This document shows positions 27,101 to 38,415 of a DNA stretch of 64,000 nucleotides, one piece after another. This DNA comes from Octopus vulgaris (Eukaryota). The DNA lies in contig OX597827.1 in assembly GCA_951406725.2 (NCBI GenBank), positions 73,222,001-73,286,000 of the forward strand, read 5' to 3'. The notes beneath the pieces are model-generated. The model was not told the DNA's origin. It did not search any database and saw nothing but the letters and a program-made list of their open reading frames with translations. A program made the translations under genes and the position numbers. How positions within the stretch are numbered: position 1 is the first letter of the stretch; each line of letters begins with the position of its first letter.

Positions 27101-29599
27101 TGAAGTCACGAAAGCAGGTATATTGGTCTTTGACCAAGACTTTGATTATCTTTCTTTGATTTTTACTTATTTCGTATCTCACAGGTAAAAGCAATTGCTA
27201 AATTTATATTCCATTTTCTGTGTGACATTGGCGAGATATTGTTAATTGTAAACATTTCATTATAAAGAGAACATCTATTCAACTAATTCAGGAAGTTCTT
27301 TTTAACTAACTCAGCAAATAGTAAATTGTCTCTAATTTTGCGAGAACAGAACAAAGAAAGCTATCTTTGAGACTGTTTTGCCAATGACATGTAGAATTTT
27401 AAAGAGAAAACCGAATTAATTCGTATTTCTGTGCTACACGACAGAGACTAGAAGCCTCTTATATTGTGCCTACATTATAGCTAGAAAGGAAGGAGATATA
27501 CCTGTACTCTGTTATGTAGTCAACATCTAAGGAAATTCTAATGAAATTAGAAGCCCCAAACTGTACTACAGTGGAACAAGAGAGAACTTCCCGTGGAGAG
27601 GAAGTAAAACCTTGAAAGAACCAAGTCGAGTAAATCCATTCACACTTTGTTCCATCCTATGCTCCCATTGTATTTAATTTATATTTTGTTTTCTAAATAA
27701 TATAATCTCAATGTATAAATGTTGACTATTGAACGTGATTGAAGTGATTCAAATATATTTGCAGTAACTACATCATCATTCCATTAGAGACGAAGTACAA
27801 TGTGATTTAAAACACTCTACACTAAGGAGTTGCAAATTATCTTTACCATCATGGCTGTGTGGTAAGAAGTTTGCTTCTCAAATAAATGGCTTCAGGTGCA
27901 GTCCCTCTGCGTAGCATCTTGGGCAAGTGTCTTATACTATAACCTCGGGGTAAAGTGATAGACGGAAACTTGTTTCACTTTCCATTTATGATTGTTTCCG
28001 TAAAATTGTTTACGATCTCGGAGAAAAATGATCTGAAATTTAATATAGAAAACTGTTCAATTATATTACCCATTCCCAATCGTATGCGCTCAATCAAATT
28101 GCCATAAGAATCAGTATCTTCATAAATTACCAGATAAAAGAGGAATACATATCGATCTAAGTAATTAAACATGGTCGTATGATTAGTTGAAATATGACAA
28201 CCATCGCATTTAATGTAGAGACAGAAGATTCAAAGTCAATTAATAATATTTATCCGCACTTAAACGTGGAAGTTCTGCTAGAGCAAGCCATACTGCTGTA
28301 GGTAAAATGAGAGAAACTCTCATATTGGCTTTTGGTACAAAATGCACTCTTGTTTACATCGCTAGCGGGGAGATAACTCCCTGCCAATCCAGCGCTGAAG
28401 CCACCAGATCACATAATTTCGATTTTCCTTGGTCTTGTCCGTGAATCATTAGGTTGATGACGTATCTGGACGTACCTAAGAGGGGCTCAGTAATGTTTAG
28501 GGCTTATTAGCCTCCCTAGCGAAACATAGACATCTGTGTATCTAATGGACCAGTCACAGCAGAATAATTATATTGATGCATAGCTTTATGTAATAGTCAA
28601 CGACAAACAGTACAGAAGGTAAATTACGTAGAGACGTAATTTTCACCTACGTGGTTCCTGAACCGTCCTCACTGAGTAGCATTCGGATATAGGCTTACTA
28701 CCAATAACATCTGAGTGGAATTTGATAGACGGAAGCTACGTGAAACACGTCCTTAGCTCTACAGAAAAGCAAATATATTTATATACGAAATAAAAAAAGC
28801 AAAACAAAAAGGAAGGTAATATGTGATAGTAAATGTATGGCAAAATATTACCCTAAGATAACATGAAGCCGTATAAAAGTATAAATTGTTTGATAGCATT
28901 AATGATGGTGACGATGATGATGACGACGAATATGATGGAGAGGAAAGACGTCGACGACGACGAAAACGAATGGTGGTGGTGGGAGTGAGAGTGATAATTC
29001 CAAGGTTTATACATATATTTTAAACTCTTTTGCAGGTCGTCTACATACTGGCTACGGTGGTTACCATGTTCTTTCTCTGCCTGGTGCCACTGCGGATCCT
29101 GATTCTGTGGAAGATCTACGCTCCTTATGAACAACATAAGTCTCTGCCGTTCGTGTCGTACCTCAACATCCTGCATACGGTTCGACTGCTAACATACTTC
29201 AACAGTGCCTGTAACCCTATCATCTATAACCTGATTTCCACCAAATTCCGAGCAGCTTCCATGTCAGTGCTCCGAAGGTGTCGAAGCAAAGACCAGTACA
29301 TGAGCTCCAACACAAATCGTTTGGGACGGATCGGAAAAAAGGGGATTTGTGGCACGAATCAAGACAAAGCTTGCGGTGGTTGCGCTAAGGGTGGCCATCG
29401 CATTGGAGGTGGTGAGATTGGTGGCGGTGCTGGGGGTGTCGGTGGCACTAGTGTCGGGCAGGGCAGTGGTAGTATTACTACAGGTCTTACTGCGAGTAGC
29501 ACGATAGCTTATCAAGGTGGCTGCCATTATCACTATCCGGAGGATAGTAATTCGTTTTATGACACGGAACGTTCCAAGATGTCATCCACGATACTGTGA
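11653..29599 (+). CDS. Class A neuropeptide GPCR, ETH-receptor-like (TRHR/GHSR-related); join(11653..12052,26684..27117,29036..29599), 465 aa
   Basis: Three exons (400+434+564 nt) splice in frame at canonical GT-AG sites. Seven TM segments with GN (TM1), NLSFTD (TM2), WTLGEFMC (ECL1), ERY, FFILP, FFLCLVP and NSACNPIIY. The RKQVV..L.TVV..FFLCL.P.R.L.LW and NPIIYNL.S.KFR segments resemble insect ETHR as recalled. Confidence 0.9.
13030..13420 (+). mobile_element. 3' end of an R4/Dong-like non-LTR element
   Basis: Degenerate 'LQIA*LGRACILHRLLS' C-terminus followed by a TAA/CAA-rich tail. Confidence 0.45.
13640..13851. repeat. 212-bp fold-back palindrome (MITE-like)
   Basis: TCAACTTAATGTG...CCCTTATG-TTT-CATAAGGG...CACATTAAGTTGA; arms ~105 bp with few mismatches. 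Confidence 0.9.
14180..15290 (+). mobile_element. Two R4/Dong-like (RLE-type) LINE fragments
   Basis: DKPLIHQWFASSDLKSNAEG..AAPDQCLPTR..CSTC..ETIDHIVS (14180-14470), then GERGL...SHIVSEYSKLAQK..KRRRDNV..KLCEKFG..NWYKH (14740-15290); stops and frameshifts present. Confidence 0.7.
15450..17520 (-). mobile_element. Highly decayed L1/Tx1-type LINE
   Basis: Minus-strand IISAYADG (YADD-derived) at ~16357-16377 and a zf-RVT-like remnant near 15470-15640; many stops. Confidence 0.55.
18560..18960 (-). mobile_element. RTE LINE C-terminal remnant
   Basis: HLRENNHVDRMSNERLPKILTY resembles RTE 'QLRW.GHV.RM..ERLPK.LLY'. Confidence 0.5.
19758..20130 (-). mobile_element. Helentron-associated non-autonomous element (HINE/DINE-1-like)
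   Basis: Minus strand begins TTTTACCTCTGCCTT-AGCG-AAGGCAGAGGT (palindrome), then (GTTT)n, and ends with subTIR TTGGCGGA, stem-loop GCGCTCTCCGAGTG and CTTGTT. Confidence 0.75.
20161..24787. repeat. Minisatellite, ~138 copies of 33-35-bp unit GTTAATAAGACACATACGAAGCTGTTTTACCCC
   Basis: Head-to-tail units with no unique spacers; the 11-aa periodic ORFs (MCLINGVKQLR) are artefacts; lies in GPCR intron 1. Confidence 0.97.
25429..25637 (-). mobile_element. ~200-bp (TA)n-anchored element carrying a minimal hammerhead motif (Penelope-LTR-like)
   Basis: Homologous to 52807-53004 (+); minus strand reads TTT-CTGACGA-A-GAGC-TCC-GCTT-GAAA-CGTT. Confidence 0.7.
25640..25797 (+). mobile_element. Mariner-derived 3' end / MITE fragment
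   Basis: Homologous to 50241-50417; ends in TIR-like GGAACTTT..AGCACC(C/T)CG. Confidence 0.5.
26684..27117 (+). CDS. GPCR coding exon 2 (TM3-TM5, ICL3)
   Basis: ttgcag|GC completes TGC (conserved TM3 Cys); contains ISLERYFAICHP; ends AAG CAG|gtatat (phase 0). Confidence 0.92.
29036..29599 (+). CDS. GPCR coding exon 3 (TM6-TM7, Gly-rich C-tail)
   Basis: ttttgcag|GTC GTC TAC; FFLCLVP, NPIIY, helix 8 STKFR; TGA at 29597-29599. Confidence 0.92.
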   Translation, partial: VVYILATVVTMFFLCLVPLRILILWKIYAPYEQHKSLPFVSYLNILHTVRLLTYFNSACNPIIYNLISTKFRAASMSVLRRCRSKDQYMSSNTNRLGRIGKKGICGTNQDKACGGCAKGGHRIGGGEIGGGAGGVGGTSVGQGSGSITTGLTASSTIAYQGGCHYHYPEDSNSFYDTERSKMSSTIL

Positions 29600-29638
29600 G
29601 ATGTTACCTCTTTTTCAATAATATATATATATATTTAT

Positions 29639-29679
<41 letters not shown>

Positions 29680-29714
29680 CAGACATATACGTAACTATAT
29701 AAATATATACATCT

Positions 29715-29767
<53 letters not shown>

Positions 29768-29794
29768 CATATACGTAACTATATAAATATATTC

Positions 29795-29832
<38 letters not shown>

Positions 29833-29993
29833 ATATATATATATATATATGTATCTGTGTGTGTGCGTGTGTATGCTTGAATGCATGTATATGTGTGTGT
29901 ATAAACATATGTACACGCGCGCACACAAACACACACACACACATATATAAGTACGGAATAAGTTGTGCAGTGAACTTGCAGTGTGGAGTGGAA

Positions 29994-30030
29994 AATCCAA
30001 CGTTTTGCACAAAGTCCTTCATCAGGTGAA
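29994..30030 (-). ncRNA. Degenerate minimal type I hammerhead ribozyme motif
   Basis: CTGATGA-A-GGAC-TTT-GTGC-AAAA-CGTT-GGATT; G of GAAA and one stem II pair mutated. Confidence 0.4.
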
Positions 30031-30097
30031 TAGTTAAAACAAGAGAAAAGTTAAAACAAGAGAGTTACACGTTCTCTGAATTAAAAAAACCCCAGAA

Positions 30098-30103
30098 AAT
30101 AAA
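30098..30103 (+). terminator. Candidate polyadenylation signal (AATAAA) for the GPCR
   Basis: AATAAA ~500 nt after the stop; AT-rich background makes this weak. Confidence 0.3.
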
Positions 30104-30514
30104 GAACAAAAAGAAAACAGACAGCAACTGGGAATGAATGCAGAACCATAACACGTGAACAAGAAATGGTTATAAAATACACAATGTTAGAATGTAGAAA
30201 GAAAGAGGAATGGAACGGTAAGAAAAAGCGGTCAAATTTCAGAGTCATTTGAAAAGAAAAGATAAGAACAAAGGACAGTTGAAAACGAAGAAAGGGTTTA
30301 ATGAATTAAGAGATGTAGGAGTAGAAGAATATATCTATCGTTAGTATGATGCCAAGTATTCTTTCACCTCACTTGAATTCTTTAAACTTGCTTGCTCTAT
30401 CTCTAATCGATCGAGTATGAGACCCACAATATCTTGCGTTCCTTATCAACTGTAGTCAGGTTTTTAACTTAGGGAATCTAAAACTCTGTAGTGTATTAAG
30501 TTCTTTTCATTCAA

Positions 30515-30555
30515 CTTTTCCCTGAAGAAGGAACTGGTTCCGAAACGTTGGATTC
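30515..30555 (+). ncRNA. Minimal type I hammerhead ribozyme motif
   Basis: TCC-CTGAAGA-A-GGAAC-TG-GTTCC-GAAA-CGTT-GGA: intact core boxes, 5-bp stem II, palindromic stem III, 3-bp stem I. Confidence 0.6.
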
Positions 30556-30898
30556 CCCACTCACCACGGTACGATCATTGCAGTTTTGTTAAAATCGATT
30601 TTACTATATATAATCAGTCTTGCTGACACACACCAACACCAGCCTGCTCGATCACATGCAAACACACACACACACACACACACACTCATATATATATATA
30701 TATATACATACACGCATATAAATATATATATATAAATATATATACATATATATATGCATATATATATATTTATGTATATACATATATGCGTATATATATA
30801 TACATATATATATATATAAATAAATAAATATACGCATATATATACACACACACATATATACATATACGTCTATATATATATATCATATATACATATCT

Positions 30899-30968
<70 letters not shown>

Positions 30969-31130
30969 GCATACATGTACGTATGTATGTATGTATATAT
31001 GTATGTATGCATGTATATATATACAGTTTGTGTATCAAATAGCTAACTTAAGGCGATGGCCTCATGGAGCTAATAAGCGGACAGCTTTTTTCTTATTTTT
31101 ATAAGAATGCCATATTAGTATGGCGATAAC

Positions 31131-31184
<54 letters not shown>

Positions 31185-31226
31185 CTAAGGTGGCTATTTC
31201 ACAATTTACAACCAAAAGGCAACAAG

Positions 31227-31497
31227 TATAGTCGTCACTAAAGTGATGGAGGGTGCTAGTAAACGCCAGCATTGCTAGAAATACGAGTCAAAGCAACTCT
31301 TAGCCACGTGAGAGTACTTTTCGAAGGACTGACAAGGGAGGTACGATCCCTACCTACAACAATCGAGAAGGACTCTCGCTTGTCGTAGTGAGGGACACTG
31401 TCTCCCTCGTAAGTCGTTAAAAAAGTACTCTCACGTGGCTAAGAGTTATTTTGACTCTTATTTCTAGCAACCCTCCATCACTTTAGCGACAACTATA
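31227..31497. repeat. 271-bp fold-back element
   Basis: Arms include AACTCTTAGCCACGTGAGAGTACTTTT / AAAAGTACTCTCACGTGGCTAAGAGTT and CTAAAGTGATGGAGGG / CCCTCCATCACTTTAG. Confidence 0.9.
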
Positions 31498-31519
31498 ATT
31501 GTAAACATACACACACAAA

Positions 31520-31563
<44 letters not shown>

Positions 31564-32029
31564 CGCATATGCATATGTGCGTATATGAATACATATGTGA
31601 ACACACATACACGCGCGCGCAGACATATATGCATTTATTGTTCGCAGATGAGATCCAGAGATTCTCAGTATAGAAGGCACTTGGTAGTGCTCAAAAGATA
31701 CAAACTTAGACTCCGATGTCTTTACAGGGGATGACTATAAGACTGACTAGAATCAGGTAAAGAATAACTATAAGACAGATCAAGTTGAGCGGATAAACAA
31801 ATTAGACACATCGCATATATTAAATATATTAAGTACACCAAATGGAAAATATGTTTATATGTATAGATGCAAAACAAAAGGAAACAAAAGATGGAAACTT
31901 TCAAATGATGAATTTTTATGTATAAATATATAGATGTTTATATTAATATATATTAATAAGTGAAAATTAAAATTGTATATGTATGTATGTATAAACACAC
32001 ACATACTCACACACAAACACACACATATT

Positions 32030-32429
32030 TTTTTTGGTTTCAGTCATTTGACTGCGGTCAAGCCAAGCCCAGGACTTATTCTTTGTAAGCCTAGTACTTA
32101 TTCTATCGAATAATTCTATCGTAAGTACACCAGCATCGGTTGTCAAACGATGTTGTGGCTGGGGGAGAAACGCAGACACACAAACACGCACACACACACA
32201 CACACATGCACACACACACACACATCTATATCTCTCTCTATATATGTATACATGTGTGTGTGTGTATACGACGGCCTTCTTTTAGTTTCGTTCTACCAAA
32301 CCCACTCACAAAGGTTTGGTCGGCCCCAGGCTATAGTAGAAGACGCTCGTCCAAGGTGCCACGCAGTGGGATTGAAACTGAAACCATGTGGTTGGTAAGG
32401 AAGCTACTTACCACACAGCCATTCCTGCG

Positions 32430-32430
<1 letters not shown>
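32030..32430 (-). mobile_element. SINE family B copy
   Basis: Reverse complement of the 577-1028 element. Confidence 0.85.
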
Positions 32431-32466
<36 letters not shown>

Positions 32467-33080
32467 GCACACACACACAAACATTATTTATTCAGTATTA
32501 TATTTTCATCACGGTCGATCTTATCAATCGGTTTCGCTCTAGGGATACGACGAAGTGTTAGGTAACAAACCCCTGATATAACCTTACGCTCATCAGAGGT
32601 GGCCGATATGGTACGAAATATGGCGACTGATCTCTACTGTTGGAGGTAGAGGCATCCAGTTTGCGGTCATGCTTACACCCCCAGCAAAAACTTATGCACT
32701 ACACATATCCAATTTCCACAAGAACACCTGCCTTAAGGACGCACGCAATTCCCACAAACACTTCAAGATAACTCTTGCCGACTTGCAGTATAACAAATCT
32801 AGTGGTGATGCTTTGGTACCAAGGGACATAACTCATAACTTAATCCCCATTTTTGTTTCGATGCATTATCTATCTTCAGAGAAACGCAACCTGGATTGGT
32901 AGATCGACCGCAATGAATATATGATAATCTACACATCGGATAATATACCCACTCTATTGACAGATATACGAGTGCATCTTTTTCCTGACTTGTGGACCTT
33001 TAGAGGACTTACTCATGCCCATATATATACATTCGTACATACACACACAGATTTTTATACACACACACACACACACACAT

Positions 33081-33123
<43 letters not shown>

Positions 33124-33140
33124 ATAATAATAAATATATA

Positions 33141-33238
33141 CATAATTATAACAAGGGCTTGGCTTCGCACCTCACCACGCACTGAAAAAAATAGACGTTA
33201 GTGGTGAGGCGCAAAGCCAAGTCCTTGTTATAATTATG
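33141..33238. repeat. 98-bp hairpin (38-bp arms, 22-nt loop)
   Basis: CATAATTATAACAAGGGCTTGGCTTCGCACCTCACCAC vs GTGGTGAGGCGCAAAGCCAAGTCCTTGTTATAATTATG; 3 non-Watson-Crick positions. Confidence 0.9.
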
Positions 33239-33323
33239 CATATAATCATAATTTACCTATGAGATTTTTATTTCCGCGCTGACCACCTGGTAAAAATTAT
33301 TAATGATTTTTACCATTTAATAT

Positions 33324-33400
<77 letters not shown>

Positions 33401-33789
33401 AAAAAAGGAGATGTCGAACACGAGTGGTGATATATAAAAAAGAAATGAAGAAAATGCTGACAAATAATTGAAGTAATTTAAGTAATTTAATTAGGTGAAA
33501 GTTCTTTTTATCGGTTGCGCATTTGTTATGCTTATCAAAATATAAAAGAGAGATTGTTGGGTTGTATGGTATGACAACTATTGTGTCCGGTGGTATCCTC
33601 TGGGATGTTCTCTATTATGACAGGAGGTATATTTGGGCGTTGTGGTACATTTAAGGGTCGGTTGTTAGCATTGGCATTATAGTTGTAATTAAGAGGGTTA
33701 GTTTTGTTAAAGGGTCAGTTAGTGAATTGGGTTTATATGAATGGAGTTGGGGGTTATGTTGAATTAATTTACGAGGGTGGGGGTTAGCT

Positions 33790-33960
33790 GTTGGTGGATT
33801 TCGGAGTTTCTTGTTAAGATTTCGGATAACTTCGGCAATGTTGGTGGAAAAAGACAATTTTATAGATTAGGGGCTAAATATTTTTCTAAGGGGGTTTACC
33901 ACAGGAAAATGTTCCCCTAAAGTGATTTCAGATGTTATTCTCCATAGGTCGTACATAAAA
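33790..33960 (-). mobile_element. Penelope-like element (Neptune-type) ORF remnant
   Basis: LGEHFPVVNPLRKIFSP*SIKLSFSTNIAEVIRNLNKK matches the PLE post-RT motif HFP..HPL.KIFN...K.SYS...N...I..HN.K. Confidence 0.6.
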
Positions 33961-33973
33961 TTCATCGCGTATA

Positions 33974-34034
<61 letters not shown>

Positions 34035-34190
34035 TCTCTCTTCAGAAGAACTTCAGTAAAACACCTACATACATACATATGTGTGCATGCGTGTGCATTT
34101 ATATACATGCATATGCGTATATGTGTGTAAGTCCTGTGTGTGTTTCTGTGTATGTGCGTATGTGTGCAAATATTTGTAGAAATGTAAATG

Positions 34191-34234
<44 letters not shown>

Positions 34235-34258
34235 TATCTCTCTCTCGCTCTATCTCTG

Positions 34259-34289
<31 letters not shown>

Positions 34290-34429
34290 GTGGGGGTGTG
34301 GGTGTGTGTGTGTGTGTGTGTGTATTTGTATCAATAATATAAGAAAACTTCATCAAAAGATAACAATAACAAAAAGAACATATCCTTCTATATTTTCATG
34401 AGACAGAAAAATATAATCCTACCTCGATA

Positions 34430-34430
<1 letters not shown>

Positions 34431-34505
<75 letters not shown>

Positions 34506-34506
34506 G
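34431..34506 (+). repeat. (ACT)n microsatellite
   Basis: Direct reading. Confidence 0.95.
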
Positions 34507-34759
34507 ATTATAATTTCTTTATTATTACTTCAAGTGTGACTTAACAGACAGAAGTTATTCAAAGTCTCTTGAAATCGTATAAAATGAAATCTGATGGAAT
34601 GCACTGTATATGACATGTTAATATCCGAAGAGGAGAAGCACCTTCTTTAGACAATCACGGAACCCTATGGGTCAAGGATTATATCCTGATTACCCTGTTC
34701 CCCGGGCTACAAGCTTATGCTGAAGCTAGTTCTATTCACTTGGACTTCGTTTCCCAAAG

Positions 34760-35400
34760 TCATTTTCATCTAAACAAATTTATTGCAGCTCTCCCTCTCT
34801 AGCCTCTCACCTAACTCTCCGCCCTAATCGTTAGCAAGTAGAGAACTTGCAATAGTGAACGAGAAACTGGCCAAGAGTAAAGTGTCTATCGTCATTACTT
34901 TCAACCGCATCCACCATACACTCGCCATTGCTATAGTCACCGGACTTAAAGAAACTTACGATCATTCCTACTCAAATAAAACTGGTAGATCGACTTTCAT
35001 GTTAGGCTCAGCTGATATTCGGATCCTTTCTGCGTGGAACAATAATCGTTCGACAAACTATTCAAGCCAACAATGCTTTGGCATTAAACAAGTGTGTGGA
35101 GTATGGCGTTTTTACGTTGCACACGTCTCGGTTGGCTCGACTGACAGTAACTCAGTGCCTGTATGGATTATCTGCATAAGGCGGTGCCTGACTCGGGGTT
35201 ACATTGCTAGGTGTTTCTTGAAGTGATCTATAATCAGAAAGGAGAAAATCTCTCCAAATAAGCCAATCAGTTTATTCTCGTCGATGCCCACCAATGCCCT
35301 CGAAAACCTCATTGCTCTTCCCCTATTATCCTTACATTCCTCGGTGGTTATGTACTTAGCACTAATAATGATATCATTAGAGGCGCCATAATTGATTCAT
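34760..35400 (-). mobile_element. L1/Tx1 ORF2 C-terminal remnant
   Basis: Minus-strand FVERLL..ERIRISAE and VWWMRLK segments; same type as 15450-17520. Confidence 0.45.
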
Positions 35401-36333
35401 ACAGATCGGTGAATGACTAAAGTCGACCGCAGGTTTATCTCTAACTTAATAACTAAACTATATTTAAAAATATGGTCTTTAAAACAATATCAATGCCAAT
35501 GCTAAAAATTATCTGCAATACAACTAAAGCTCATAAATCTAATTTTACAAATTGTCTTTCAGTCAGATGTGTTAATAATAATAAAAAGCAGTATAACACT
35601 TACTTAAAAAAATATTAGTGTTTATTTTTCCTCACGATGAAGCTTACATCACATCTACCTTTTTGGAATAATACATATTCAGTAATTCAACAGTTTAGCA
35701 CTATTCAGGATAACAAAGTAACAATATATTTCTACTTGGTACAAAAGATGAAGTCACTTCAAGAGGTAAACTCATTCGTATATCTACGTTCTACCACAAA
35801 GATTGAATAACACCTATCAACAATATGAACATCGGCATCGTCTTACCATCACAAAAAGGTCTTTGATTTTCTATGCCAACTTTATTTGTAATAAACAAGA
35901 AAATGAAGTGACCTTTGACCTTATAGTATGTTTAGAGTATTCTGCTGAGGTTAACACCATTGTTTGCTCATACATCGTAAAGTCATTACGTCAATTCCCA
36001 TTACTATAGTGAAGGTTATACCACCCTGATGAGCTGTTATTATTATTAACTATTGATAAATTCCTCAGGACCACCTCACAATTATTAACTACTTTTATTA
36101 ACATTTTTCTGTAAAGTACAAATTCTACAATGTTGTTAATCAAATGATTGTTAAAATATCATACTTCATAACGCAGAACTTTGCACAGATATCAGCAAGA
36201 AAAAGCAAGAAATCTCTCTCAACCAGATTATATCTAAATAAAATAGCAACAGTCCAATTAAATGTAACTGCAAGGTGAACGAAATGGTTAATTGCGTCAC
36301 GGTCAACACGAAGTAGATTTCAGCTTCACAAAG

Positions 36334-38415
36334 AGGATTAACAGCTAATACATTTAAAAATATTATCACACTAGAACAGATAAACGGAAGCATCGAATCA
36401 TATTTGAAACTTTAAGTCAATCAATATGCTATTTTATTGTAAAACAGAAACAAGTCTATTCTTCGACAAACATTACATTAACGATTGAAAAGCCTTGCCA
36501 GATGTACACCTCACAAACTTATGAAATATCATCCTTAACCCCCACTCTCCATCTAACTTAAACGATACTCTGAATTAGTATCATCGTGTAGATGTTTAGA
36601 ACGACCACGAGTATATTTCTTCACTTCCATTAATCTTTATATGTTCTAATGTTAACCTTTACCCCATACTGAAAGACGTTTTGACATTAAATTGATTTTT
36701 ACTAAAAGCAACATTTCGTACCCATTAAATTTTAACGAGTTATTAAAGTATCATAGCGTTCGCAATTCAGTAGTCATATCACACACATACTATTCAATGA
36801 TACCAAATAATCTACCCACTCAGTTAATTGCTTCGTCTTAGACGCGGTTAGTGTCTCAGTATTTATGAATTTGCATATTTTTACTTGTACCTCATAATTT
36901 TCTTTTAAAGCCATCAAATTATTAAGTTTCACACACACACTCACAGAGTAAGTACAGTGAAATTCGTGAGATCCAGGTGACGACTCAAGTTAGGACTCAG
37001 GCGAACTCCAGGTTAAACAGGATGTATAAAGGAGAAAAACAATCAAGTATATCATAAGTCTGAAATTTGTGGAAAGTAAACTGACAGAATATAATTAAAC
37101 AAAGAAGTGATGATATTGATATTACATTTATTATCCTGTTGCAATCGTTTCTATAACAAGTGAGATATTTAGATCCTTTAACGTGCTAGAATATATATAT
37201 ATATATAAACAATGGCCATAAGGCGCTTCAAGCAATATTAAACGAAAACCCAAAACTGTCATTTCATCATGGCTTTGAATCAGTGTAGTGCGATTGTACA
37301 TGAGACAAACACAATCATATATAAAATTAGTGAGAGGAGTTTAGGATGTCATAGAGAAACACTATTTTGCATTACCTAGCTAAAGCTATTAAATTGATGA
37401 GAAGGCACATTTACAACTCGATATTATCGATTGTAATGCCAAAGCCGCAAGCACAAACGAGACAAAGGATGGATAATGTAGTATGTATTCTAAGTAGAGG
37501 GGAAGGTATTCACATATGAGTAGCTGCAAACTCAGAGATATTATAAAAGAGATACTTAGCAGGGTGAGGGGTAAGTCAGGAGCAACATCAGAAATAACAA
37601 AATGATGGGGAGGTAAGGAGAAGCAAGGGAAAGAGAAAGACAGAGAAGGAAAAGAATATACGAGAAAAGATCTATGGAGAATCTAAAAATAAAATTAATA
37701 CTTGATATTAAAATGGCTGATTCACGTCCCATCAAATAGAGTTCTAAACTGAGTCAAAATGTAATAAGACAATGTAATATTAATAGCATAATTATGGTAT
37801 AAGTCAGACATTTTAGGGGAAAAAGACAAGTCGGTCACATCTATTGGTGCTCAAATGGTGCTTATTTTATCGACCCTGAAAGGATGAAAGGCAAAGCCAA
37901 CTTTGGCGGAATTTGAACTCAGAACGTAAGAGTGGTAGAAATATCGCTTAGCATTCTGACCAGAGTACTAATTATAAAGTAGTAGAACAATATAATCATT
38001 ATAATATACGGAATCAATAAATGATTATAAAACACTGAGGTGGGATTCATTAAGATACATAGGGATGAGATAATAATCGGTTGATTACTTTTCTCGAAAT
38101 ACTTAAAAGGATTAACAGCTAATACATTTAAAAAGATTATCATGCTCACGCCTTTACACACTAGAATAGATAAACGGAAGCATCGAATCATATTTGAAAC
38201 TTTCAGTCAACCAATATGCTATTTTATTGTAAACAGAAACGAGTCTATTCTTCGACAAACATTACGTTAACGATTGAAAAGCCTTGCCAGATGTACACCT
38301 CACAAACTTATGAAATATCATCCTTAACCCCCACCCTCCATCTAACTTAAACGATACTCTGAATTAGTATCATCGTGTAGATTTTTAGAACGACCACGAG
38401 TATATTTCTTCACTT
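36334..38415 (+). repeat. Direct duplication of ~300 bp (36334-36626 and 38108-38415)
   Basis: Near-identical copies; the second has a ~16-nt insertion. Confidence 0.9.

Noticed and set aside
32505-32605. Hammerhead on minus (CTGATGAGC...GCGAAACCGAT)
   Set aside because: Core boxes are present but there is no NUH site and no stem I pairing; at best a decayed relic.
36022-36070. CCTGATGAGC...TCAGG hammerhead-like relic; similar relics near 322 and 60430-60480
   Set aside because: One of the two catalytic boxes is missing in each.
36334-38415. LTR retrotransposon bounded by the 300-bp direct repeats
   Set aside because: No TG...CA termini, TSD, PBS/PPT or gag-pol remnant.
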